The notes beneath the pieces were generated by a model, which worked only from the letters and a program-made list of their open reading frames with translations, had not been told where the DNA came from and made no database searches. From assembly GCA_964591795.1 (NCBI GenBank), contig CAZQEL010000019.1, positions 1-16,112 on the forward strand: DNA of 16,112 bases, written 5' to 3'. Below, piece after piece: positions 1 through 6,950 of the stretch. Origin of the DNA: an uncultured archaeon. Lineage in GTDB: Archaea > Iainarchaeota > Iainarchaeia > Iainarchaeales > CSSED10-239. Positions within the stretch are counted from its first letter, which is position 1. Every line of letters starts with the position of its first letter. Both the position numbers and the translations under genes were made by a program.

Positions 1-54
1 TTTTTTATCCATAATAAGATAATTTTTATGAATATATAAAATTAATTATAATAA

Positions 55-624
55 TTAACACTCAGAGAAAGGGGCATCTATATTAATAATATCATTTCCT
101 CTCTTTAGCATGTATTCGCGAAAAATACCCTCAGAATTTTTAAAAGCAAGATAGTAAGGCAAATCCATATCTATTCTGGAACTTACTCTCCCTACAGCGA
201 AGGATTCTTTTATTTTAAAACCAAATTTATTATAAAAATTAACATTATCCTCAGAGCAATCAAGTATTATTTTATAACAATCTCTTTTCTTTGAATAATT
301 GATTATTTCTTTTATTATAGATCTACCTATTTCGTTTCTTTCATATTTTTTATTTGTTGCAAAATCCTCTATATGTGCAGCAATTCCACCTTCACTTATA
401 AATTTTGGTTCTATAAGCACAGTTCCTGTACCAATTATTTTATTTTTATTGTTTATGGCAACAAAAATATGACCATCAATTAAATTTATTTTTTTTAAGA
501 TATCTTTTGCTTTATCTAAACTTATATTTCCAACAGCCTTCATATTTCCTAAAGTTGTAAAAAAACCTTTAAAATCATTATTTAAGTCATCTTTAGTTAA
601 TTCTTTAATTTTATAATCTTGCAT
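55..624 (-). CDS. GNAT-family N-acetyltransferase, GNA1-like (glucosamine-6-phosphate N-acetyltransferase family), with a C-terminal extension of about 40 aa
   Basis: 189-aa ORF. The blocks GTGTVLIEPKFI, HIEDFATN, CYKIILDC and NVNFYNKFGF align by eye with the conserved blocks of eukaryotic GNA1 (IIE.K.I, HIED, CYKIILDC, NV.FY.K.GF). The acetyl-CoA loop is atypical (RNEIGR rather than Q/R-x-x-G-x-G/A). The start lies 17 nt downstream of the ferredoxin gene, so the two are probably co-transcribed. Confidence 0.7.
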   Translation of the reverse strand: MQDYKIKELTKDDLNNDFKGFFTTLGNMKAVGNISLDKAKDILKKINLIDGHIFVAINNKNKIIGTGTVLIEPKFISEGGIAAHIEDFATNKKYERNEIGRSIIKEIINYSKKRDCYKIILDCSEDNVNFYNKFGFKIKESFAVGRVSSRIDMDLPYYLAFKNSEGIFREYMLKRGNDIINIDAPFSEC

Positions 625-641
625 ATAAATTCACTTTAATA

Positions 642-830
642 TTATTTTTCAATAGTTATGCACTTTACAGGACAAATATCTGCTGCTTGTTTATTACATC
701 CAACTTCTGCTACTTCAGTTTTAATTGGTTTTGGTTTTTCACCTGAAAATTTCCAATTATCAGGACAAACAGAAGTACAAGCACCACAACCAATACATGC
801 ATCATAATCTTGTTTTATTTTAACTACCAT
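642..830 (-). CDS. Small single-cluster [4Fe-4S] ferredoxin (Pyrococcus/Thermotoga type)
   Basis: 62-aa ORF with CIGCGACTSVCP (CxxCxxC...CP) plus a distal C...CPV. Length and layout match monocluster ferredoxins. Confidence 0.85.
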   Translation of the reverse strand: MVVKIKQDYDACIGCGACTSVCPDNWKFSGEKPKPIKTEVAEVGCNKQAADICPVKCITIEK

Positions 831-900
831 GTTAATACCATCCTATAATTTATATAAAAATTAAAAAAATCTTTATAAAAAAATAATAAATAAACACATA

Positions 901-908
901 TTTAAATA
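901..908 (+). promoter_or_regulatory. Candidate archaeal TATA box for the platform/pilin operon
   Basis: TTTAAATA lies in the 126-nt divergent intergenic region upstream of the ATG at 957. The same octamer recurs upstream of other transcription-unit starts in the window. This AT-rich spacer contains alternative TATA-like strings. Confidence 0.35.
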
Positions 909-956
909 TATCTATCTACAATATTTTATTATATATTATAAACAAAGAAGTAGAAT

Positions 957-3200
957 ATGGATCAGACAAAAATACCTAGAAAAACACCTGGTCAATTGTA
1001 TAGTTCAATATCTGTAGAATCAAGAGATTTTTCTGAAAATGATAATAAACTTTCTAAAAAGATAGAAAATGCATATGTACTTTTTTGTAAAAACATAAAT
1101 AATAGATTTCCTGGACTTGGTAAAGGCAGTAAATATGATGAAAAATTACAAAATTCAGTTGATTTTTTAAAATGGGATTTAAAACCAGAAGAGTATTTTG
1201 CAGCTTATAAATTTACTCTCTTTACAGGAGTATTATTAACAGGAATTATAATATTATTAGCTTATTCTTTTGTACTTCCAAAAATGACAGCCTTGTTTGG
1301 TAGTTCAACATTACCTCTTTTAATAACATTTGGTGTACCACTTGGATTATTTATTTATTGTCTTGATTATTTTAAAAATTATCCACAAAGAAAAGTAAAT
1401 TTAGAAAAAATATATGCCTTAACTTTTGTTCCTGAAATTTTAGGTTATATGATAATGTCTATGAAACTTGTACCTAATTTAGAAAAAGCAATTGAGTTTG
1501 CATCAAGTCATGGACATGGAAAAATAGCTGAAGATCTAAAAACTTTATTATGGGAAGTAAAGGTTGGAATTAAAAGTAGTGTTGCAGAAGCAATTGATGA
1601 ACTTGCATATAAATGGGGAGATATTTCTCAAGAGTTCAAAAAATCTTTAATGAAGATTAGATCAAGTGTAATTGAAATATCTGAATCTAAAAGATTTCAA
1701 ATTCTTGATCAAACAATGGAAGACACATTAACTTCTATTAAAAATAAACTTGAGGATTATGCAAGAAGTCTATCTCAACCAGCAATGGTTATGTTTTATA
1801 TGGGTATTTTACTTCCTTTACTTTTAATTATTATCTTACCGGTTGGTTCTGCATTTTCAAATTCAAATCTTGCAAGACCAATTTATTTAATTTTAATTTA
1901 TAATATTGCAATACCTATAGGTTGTTTGGTTTTTGCAAGAAAGGTTGTAAGGGAAAGACCAATAACATATATTCCTCCTAAAATTCCAGATAACCATCCT
2001 GATATTCCTCCAAAAAATACAATTGTTTTTAAAAATTTTAAAATTAATATTTTTGTATTAATGATAATTGTTGGAACTATTTTAATTGGATCAAGTCTTT
2101 TTTTACAAAATAATTTTGGACTTACAAAACATAATCTTTTAGTAAATGAAGGATATATACTTGAAGATGGTAAAGTTAGTGATGCAGAGTTTATGTGTAC
2201 CACTGAAGAAATATCTCTAAAAGTAACTAATCCAAACTTAAAGTGTGCTACTGAAAGGGATTTTTGGTTAAGACCTGAAAATAACACAACACCTTATTAT
2301 ATTATTTATGGAGTACTTCTTGCAATAAGTCTTTTAATTTCAATTTATCTTTATGGTACAAATATATATAAAAGAAGAGTACAGGTTAAATCTCAAAAAA
2401 TGGAAGTAGAATTTAAGGATGCCTTATATGTAATTGCAAGTAGGCTTGGAGAAAACAAACCAATTGAAGAAGCCTTAAAACATACTAAAAATTTTTTATC
2501 AAAATCTTTAATAGCTCAAGACGTTTTTGCAAAAACTTTGGATAATATAAGAATTATGGGTCTTACTTTAAAAGCATCTTTATTTGACCCTAATTATGGA
2601 GCTTTAAAAAATAATCCATCAAGATTAATAAATAGTGCTATGTTATTAGTAGTTGATTCTGTACAATTAGGGGTATCTGTTGCTGCAAAAACTTTAATGT
2701 CCTATTCTATGCAACTTAGAAATACTGATGAAGTTTCAAAAATGTTAACAAATTTAATTTCAGATATTACTGGAACATTAAATAGTATGGCAAAGTTTAT
2801 TGCACCAATTATTTTAGGAATAACAACTGCTCTTCAAAGAATAGTTATGTCCACTTTAAATTCTATTGCCTCAAGTAACATAATGCAGGATATGGATGGC
2901 ATGGTAAGTGGAATTAAAGAAGGAATAAATGCCTCAGGTATGGGTAATTTAGACGTTAGTAGTGTTTCTGGTTTAGGAGCATCAATTGATCCTACAAATA
3001 TTGCACAGTTTGCTAATTCCACAACTTTTTTAATTATTGTTGCTATCTATGTAATACAAATTGTAATAATTATTGTTTATTTTACAACTATGATAGAACA
3101 AGAAAATTTAATTTTAGCAAAAGTAAGAATTGCTCAAACTCTTCCAGTTGCAACAATTTTATTTATTATGACAACTATTTTTGCAAACATGATTTTTTAA
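957..3200 (+). CDS. Type IV pilus/archaellum-type membrane platform protein (FlaJ/TadC/PilC family, two T2SSF-like repeats), enlarged
   Basis: 747-aa polytopic membrane protein. Two segments have the T2SSF-like pattern of a cytoplasmic helical bundle followed by TM helices: FVPEILGYMIMSMKLVPNLEKAIEFAS...IAEDLKTLLWEVKVGIKSSVAEAIDELA and EVEFKDALYVIASRLGENKPIEEALKHT...AKTLDNIRIMGLTLKASL. It sits directly upstream of a run of class III signal peptide genes. The repeats are separated by an extra loop containing a Cys pair (CTTEEISLKVTNPNLKC). Confidence 0.65.
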   Translation: MDQTKIPRKTPGQLYSSISVESRDFSENDNKLSKKIENAYVLFCKNINNRFPGLGKGSKYDEKLQNSVDFLKWDLKPEEYFAAYKFTLFTGVLLTGIIILLAYSFVLPKMTALFGSSTLPLLITFGVPLGLFIYCLDYFKNYPQRKVNLEKIYALTFVPEILGYMIMSMKLVPNLEKAIEFASSHGHGKIAEDLKTLLWEVKVGIKSSVAEAIDELAYKWGDISQEFKKSLMKIRSSVIEISESKRFQILDQTMEDTLTSIKNKLEDYARSLSQPAMVMFYMGILLPLLLIIILPVGSAFSNSNLARPIYLILIYNIAIPIGCLVFARKVVRERPITYIPPKIPDNHPDIPPKNTIVFKNFKINIFVLMIIVGTILIGSSLFLQNNFGLTKHNLLVNEGYILEDGKVSDAEFMCTTEEISLKVTNPNLKCATERDFWLRPENNTTPYYIIYGVLLAISLLISIYLYGTNIYKRRVQVKSQKMEVEFKDALYVIASRLGENKPIEEALKHTKNFLSKSLIAQDVFAKTLDNIRIMGLTLKASLFDPNYGALKNNPSRLINSAMLLVVDSVQLGVSVAAKTLMSYSMQLRNTDEVSKMLTNLISDITGTLNSMAKFIAPIILGITTALQRIVMSTLNSIASSNIMQDMDGMVSGIKEGINASGMGNLDVSSVSGLGASIDPTNIAQFANSTTFLIIVAIYVIQIVIIIVYFTTMIEQENLILAKVRIAQTLPVATILFIMTTIFANMIF

Positions 3201-3215
3201 AAAAAAAGAATATTT

Positions 3216-3743
3216 ATGATTATTAAAAATAAAAAAGGACAAGCTTTTGAAGCTTATAAACTTTTAATTGCATTTGTAATTGCAGCAGCTATACTTGGTA
3301 TAATTGCAGTTATGATTTCAAAAACAAATAATCAAGCAGTAGTTATTAGTTATCAAAAAATAGAAAATTCATTTTCATCAGCAATAAATAGTCCAATTAT
3401 AAGTATGGAAAAACCTTTTGTTGTTAAGGATGTTTTAATATCTGGAATTATAAGTTATAATAGATTTGAACAACTTGGTAATATTGAACCTGGGTGTTTT
3501 GGATTAATTACGGGACCTGGAATAACAAAAGAAGCATATGGTGCAATGATTGAAAAAAAATACTTAAAAACAGATATTTATTTTAGATGTGGTTTAGGGG
3601 AAATGAATGATAGTTTAATTCCAAATGATATTTGGCCTGGTGTAACTAATTATGAACCATTTGATCAAGACCCAACAATTCTTTGCGAAAAACTTTTTTG
3701 TGTAATGTATATTAACAAAATACCATCAGATTATACACCTTAA
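3216..3743 (+). CDS. Pilin-like protein with class III signal peptide (KKG|QAFEAYKLLIAFVIAAAILG)
   Basis: 175-aa ORF with a short basic leader, G|Q cleavage motif and a hydrophobic helix of about 20 aa. The mature part has 4 Cys. Its N-terminus is paralogous to the 4343 protein (QAF..[YF].LLIA.V.A.A.LG). Confidence 0.7.
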   Translation: MIIKNKKGQAFEAYKLLIAFVIAAAILGIIAVMISKTNNQAVVISYQKIENSFSSAINSPIISMEKPFVVKDVLISGIISYNRFEQLGNIEPGCFGLITGPGITKEAYGAMIEKKYLKTDIYFRCGLGEMNDSLIPNDIWPGVTNYEPFDQDPTILCEKLFCVMYINKIPSDYTP

Positions 3744-3746
3744 ATA

Positions 3747-4250
3747 ATGAAAAATATGAAAAACAATTGGACTAGAAACATAAAATATTTTATAATTGCA
3801 ATCATTATACTTATTCTTGGTTATTTTTTCGGAATAATTATATTAGGTATTATTGCTATTATTATATTATTAATGTCAATTTTATTTGTAATTTCATTAA
3901 TATTTCATAAATCTGTTGATTTATTTTTAAATAAAAAAATAAAATTATTTATTAAAATGTTTTTTTCATTAGTAGTTTCATATGGGTTTATTTTAATTTT
4001 TTGGAATTTTATAAACAAAGTAAAAAGTACAAATATAAAGATAATGCTTATTTGGGCAATTACCTCTTTTATATTTGGATCATTATGGAATATATTAGTT
4101 ATTAAAAAGAAAGTAAGTTATAAAAATAAAGTTTTTGATTATATAGAGGAAAAGTCAGGCCTTAACATAAGAGATATATTATTTATGATAATTATTCCTG
4201 TTATTTTTACTATCTTTTTAAGTATTTTAAAAGGTTTTATAATAATTTAG
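3747..4250 (+). CDS. Small polytopic membrane protein, function unknown
   Basis: 167-aa ORF, extremely I/L/F-rich with about 4-5 predicted TM segments, starting 3 nt after the preceding pilin gene. No recognisable motif. Confidence 0.55.
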   Translation: MKNMKNNWTRNIKYFIIAIIILILGYFFGIIILGIIAIIILLMSILFVISLIFHKSVDLFLNKKIKLFIKMFFSLVVSYGFILIFWNFINKVKSTNIKIMLIWAITSFIFGSLWNILVIKKKVSYKNKVFDYIEEKSGLNIRDILFMIIIPVIFTIFLSILKGFIII

Positions 4251-4272
4251 CATTAAACAATAAAAAAAAAGA

Positions 4273-4280
4273 TTTAAATA
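4273..4280 (+). promoter_or_regulatory. Candidate TATA box (TTTAAATA) with purine-rich BRE-like stretch upstream; internal promoter for the 4343-5092 pilin pair
   Basis: The 92-nt gap after the TAG stop at 4250 contains aaaaaaaaagaTTTAAATA about 60 nt before the ATG. Confidence 0.45.
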
Positions 4281-4326
4281 TCTTTTGTACTTTAAAATTA
4301 ATAGTTTTTATTAATATTTAAACATT

Positions 4327-4333
4327 GAGGTGA
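4327..4333 (+). promoter_or_regulatory. Shine-Dalgarno site GAGGTGA for the 4343 pilin gene
   Basis: GAGGTGA lies 9 nt upstream of the ATG at 4343 and is complementary to the conserved 3' end of 16S rRNA. It is the strongest RBS in the pilus cluster. Confidence 0.65.
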
Positions 4334-4342
4334 ATTTAAAAC

Positions 4343-4882
4343 ATGAAATTAATATATTTAAAAAAAGAAAAAAGACAAACATTTGAAAAAGGACAAGCGT
4401 TTTCAACTTTTCAACTTTTAATAGCAGCTGTTGTTGCTTTAGCTTTACTTGGTGTTTTAATGCCAATTATAAGTAATATTAATCCTGGAACAGGACGTGT
4501 AGTTGATGCATTAAATGAAAGAATAAATACTCAACAAGATCAACCTGGAACTTTAAGTTTAACAGACGATTTAAAAATATCTGGTAGTAAAGATCCTTAT
4601 ATTTCTACAGCAACTGTAACTAAAGGAACTGGTATGGATGCAAAACAAGTTTTATTCATGACAAATGGATATACTACTGATTTTAGTACAACTGGTCCTA
4701 TTTTAGAAATTAAAAATCAAAGTACAATTACATATAAATTTGGAGTTTTATGTCAAACTAATGTAGATGCATTAAATGATTCAATAAGCAATTATTCAAG
4801 TGTAATAAAAGATACTACTTTAGATGGTAGTTTTGATGCTGAAGATATTAGAGTGTGTGTAATTTTCCCTGTTAAAAAATAA
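4343..4882 (+). CDS. Pilin-like protein with class III signal peptide (FEKG|QAFSTFQLLIAAVVALALLG); candidate abundant/major subunit
   Basis: 179-aa ORF with its own promoter-like element and a strong SD. The mature domain is T/S/N-rich with several N-x-S/T sequons and 2 Cys. Confidence 0.7.
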   Translation: MKLIYLKKEKRQTFEKGQAFSTFQLLIAAVVALALLGVLMPIISNINPGTGRVVDALNERINTQQDQPGTLSLTDDLKISGSKDPYISTATVTKGTGMDAKQVLFMTNGYTTDFSTTGPILEIKNQSTITYKFGVLCQTNVDALNDSISNYSSVIKDTTLDGSFDAEDIRVCVIFPVKK

Positions 4883-4894
4883 ATTTGATTAATT

Positions 4895-5092
4895 ATGGCT
4901 ATAATTAAAGAAAAAATAATTAAAATCTTAAAAGATAACAAAGGACAAGCTGAGTCTAATACTATTTTCTTTTTAATTATAGCTGCAATTGTTGCTATTA
5001 TTTTAATTGCAGTTGTTAAACCAATGTTTAATAAATCAGTAAAAGCTTCTGCTAGGCAATCAAATTTGCCTGCTCAAACACCTATAACTTAA
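4895..5092 (+). CDS. Mini-pilin with class III signal peptide (DNKG|QAESNTIFFLIIAAIVAIILIAVV), predicted mature length about 48 aa
   Basis: 65-aa ORF made of a basic leader, KGQ motif, one hydrophobic helix and a short polar tail. It is followed by oligo-T runs. Confidence 0.6.
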   Translation: MAIIKEKIIKILKDNKGQAESNTIFFLIIAAIVAIILIAVVKPMFNKSVKASARQSNLPAQTPIT

Positions 5093-5103
5093 TAAGCATC
5101 TTA

Positions 5104-5127
5104 TTTTTTAATTTAATATTTTTTTTT
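5104..5127 (+). terminator. Candidate oligo-T archaeal terminator after the pilin pair
   Basis: A T6 run (5104-5109) and a T9 run (5119-5127) lie just after the stop at 5092 and before the next TATA-like box. Confidence 0.45.
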
Positions 5128-5140
5128 AAAAAGAAAACCA

Positions 5141-5148
5141 TTTAAATA
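5141..5148 (+). promoter_or_regulatory. Candidate TATA box (TTTAAATA) for a leaderless or near-leaderless 5173-7688 transcript
   Basis: aaagaaaaccaTTTAAATA begins 32 nt upstream of the ATG at 5173. No SD lies between them, which fits a leaderless start. Confidence 0.5.
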
Positions 5149-5172
5149 CTTCTTGTAATATCTTTATAATAT

Positions 5173-5751
5173 ATGTATCCACTTAAAAAAGATAAAGCAC
5201 AAGTAAGTGCTCCTTTTGAATTATTAGTTGCAATAATTGTTATGTTATTTGTAATTATTGCAGGTAATTATGCTTTAAAAAATCTTTCTGAAAATACTTG
5301 TCTTGGAAACAAAAGACAGGATTTTAGTAATCTAATTTCTTCTTTAAGAGAGGTTGTTTTAGGTTCAGACTTAGCATATAGAACAATTGATTTTAAAACA
5401 AAAGCATGTTATAGTCAAGAATATGAAAAAACAATACTTAAAACTGTCCAAGATAAAGTAGTTTGTGAAAGATACTGTGGGTCAGGCACAAGTTGTATAT
5501 TATTATATTATTCTTATATTGATGAAGCAAAATATGAATATAAGTATCCAATTCAACCAATATGTACTTATCTTTCAACTAATTTAGTTTTTGGAACTGC
5601 GCAAGAATGTATTACAGATAGTACTGATAGTACCTTTGAAGCAATTGATCCAACTACGGAAAATATACCCTTAGGAAGTTATAAACTTTTTAAAATTTCA
5701 AGTAGTTCAGATAATGTAAACTATAGAGTTTGTATGGTGAAAATCAGGTGA
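5173..5751 (+). CDS. Cys-rich pilin-like protein with class III signal peptide variant (KDKA|QVSAPFELLVAIIVMLFVIIAG)
   Basis: 192-aa ORF with a basic leader, Ala at -1, Gln at +1 and a hydrophobic helix. The mature part has 8 Cys. Confidence 0.6.
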   Translation: MYPLKKDKAQVSAPFELLVAIIVMLFVIIAGNYALKNLSENTCLGNKRQDFSNLISSLREVVLGSDLAYRTIDFKTKACYSQEYEKTILKTVQDKVVCERYCGSGTSCILLYYSYIDEAKYEYKYPIQPICTYLSTNLVFGTAQECITDSTDSTFEAIDPTTENIPLGSYKLFKISSSSDNVNYRVCMVKIR

Positions 5752-5759
5752 AAAAATAA

Positions 5760-6395
5760 ATGTTTGAATTCACATTATCAAAAGTAAATATGTTAATTTT
5801 TGTAACTGCAATTGCTGTAGTTGTAATTTTTTTTATGAATACTTTAAATGATAATCTTAAAACACGTCAAAGTTATGAAACAGCTTATAAGATTGGTAAA
5901 GAAGTTAAATCATTGATTGATTCAGAAAGTTATTGTTCAGTTAAATTTATTGATATTCCAAGAACCATTAAAATTAATGAAGGTTCTTCTTTAGGATACA
6001 AACTTGGTTTTCAAAATTATGCATTATATGATCAAAATTCTCTAATTGTTTATATTACTGACATTAAAGAAAAAAAAATATTAGGAGCATATAATTTAGA
6101 TTATAATGGAATAATTAAATATTATACTTCAGAATATGATATAGCAAAGTATATTTTTAACCCAAATAACGATGATAAAATTTTTTTTGATCCTAGAAAA
6201 GTAAATGGGAATGAATCCAAAATAATGCTTATTAAAAATGTAAAAGATGATATTAAAACATATCATGTTATACCTTGTGAAAAAAAACAAAGTATATATT
6301 CTTGTAAATTATATGTTTGTGGTGATGGTTCAAATAATTTAGATATATCAGATATTAAATGCCTTCAGGATTTTTGTGTTCAAAATATTACTTAA
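5760..6395 (+). CDS. N-terminally anchored Cys-rich extracytoplasmic protein (no canonical prepilin cleavage motif)
   Basis: 211-aa ORF. An AGGTGA SD lies 10 nt upstream of the ATG. The N-terminus MFEFTLSKVNMLIFVTAIAVVVIFF is a hydrophobic helix without a K/R-G/A|Q motif. The remainder has 6 Cys. Confidence 0.55.
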   Translation: MFEFTLSKVNMLIFVTAIAVVVIFFMNTLNDNLKTRQSYETAYKIGKEVKSLIDSESYCSVKFIDIPRTIKINEGSSLGYKLGFQNYALYDQNSLIVYITDIKEKKILGAYNLDYNGIIKYYTSEYDIAKYIFNPNNDDKIFFDPRKVNGNESKIMLIKNVKDDIKTYHVIPCEKKQSIYSCKLYVCGDGSNNLDISDIKCLQDFCVQNIT

Positions 6396-6415
6396 AAAAT
6401 AGGAAAATAAATTAA

Positions 6416-6943
6416 ATGATTAAAACAAAAAAAGGATTTATTGGAGCAATTGGAGATGATCTTCCTAGTTTAATTCCAATATTTATGGGTTTAGTAATTT
6501 TTTTTGCTGTATTTTTAGGTGTATTTAATAGTTATAATGCTAAAAATAAAGTGTATAATATTAATCAAGAGGCTATTGAGATTTCAATGCAATTAAAATC
6601 AGATCCTGTTATTGTTAATTATAATCATTTTCTGGAAAAATGTGGAAAAATAAAAACAACTAAACATTGGGATGCTTTTTTAGTGGATTTACCTTTAGAT
6701 ACAGAATATTATGAGTCAATAAGTATAAATGATATATCAGATAATGGTTATGAAAATTTTGTAATTAAAAATATAGATGAATTTAATATGGACAATTATT
6801 ATATTTGTAATATTGATCAAGATCTTTTAGATGAACTAAAGGATCCAAATAAAAGAATAATTAATTATTTATATCCAGTAACTCTTCAAAGAGATAATGG
6901 ATATACTACACCTGCAAGACTTTACATTTTAATATGGGATTAA
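6416..6943 (+). CDS. Pilin-like protein with class III signal peptide variant (KTKKG|FIGAIGDDLPSLIPIFMGLVIFFAVFLG)
   Basis: 175-aa ORF with a basic leader, Gly then Phe at the predicted cleavage site, and a long hydrophobic segment. The mature part has 2 Cys. Confidence 0.55.
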   Translation: MIKTKKGFIGAIGDDLPSLIPIFMGLVIFFAVFLGVFNSYNAKNKVYNINQEAIEISMQLKSDPVIVNYNHFLEKCGKIKTTKHWDAFLVDLPLDTEYYESISINDISDNGYENFVIKNIDEFNMDNYYICNIDQDLLDELKDPNKRIINYLYPVTLQRDNGYTTPARLYILIWD

Positions 6944-6950
6944 AATAAAT

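Noticed and set aside
1898-2287. 129-aa minus-strand ORF inside the platform gene. The ORFs at 2834-3022 (-), 13238-13435 (-), 14913-15104 (-) and 15405-15665 (-) are similar cases.
   Set aside because: Each lies fully antisense to a long, well-supported ORF. None has a start context or motif, and the composition is typical of shadow ORFs in AT-rich DNA.
3747-4250. Possibility that the small polytopic membrane proteins (3747-4250 and 8457-8942) are the missing prepilin peptidase
   Set aside because: At 161-167 aa they are too short. They also lack the two conserved membrane-proximal Asp motifs, including the G-x-G-D-type motif, of the PibD/FlaK/EppA family. The 8457 protein has only a single Asp.
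5760-6395. Treating MFEF|TLSK as a bacterial-type G|FTL prepilin site
   Set aside because: The residue at -1 would be Glu or Phe, not Gly, Ala or Ser, and there is no basic leader. It was kept as a signal-anchored protein instead of a processed pilin.
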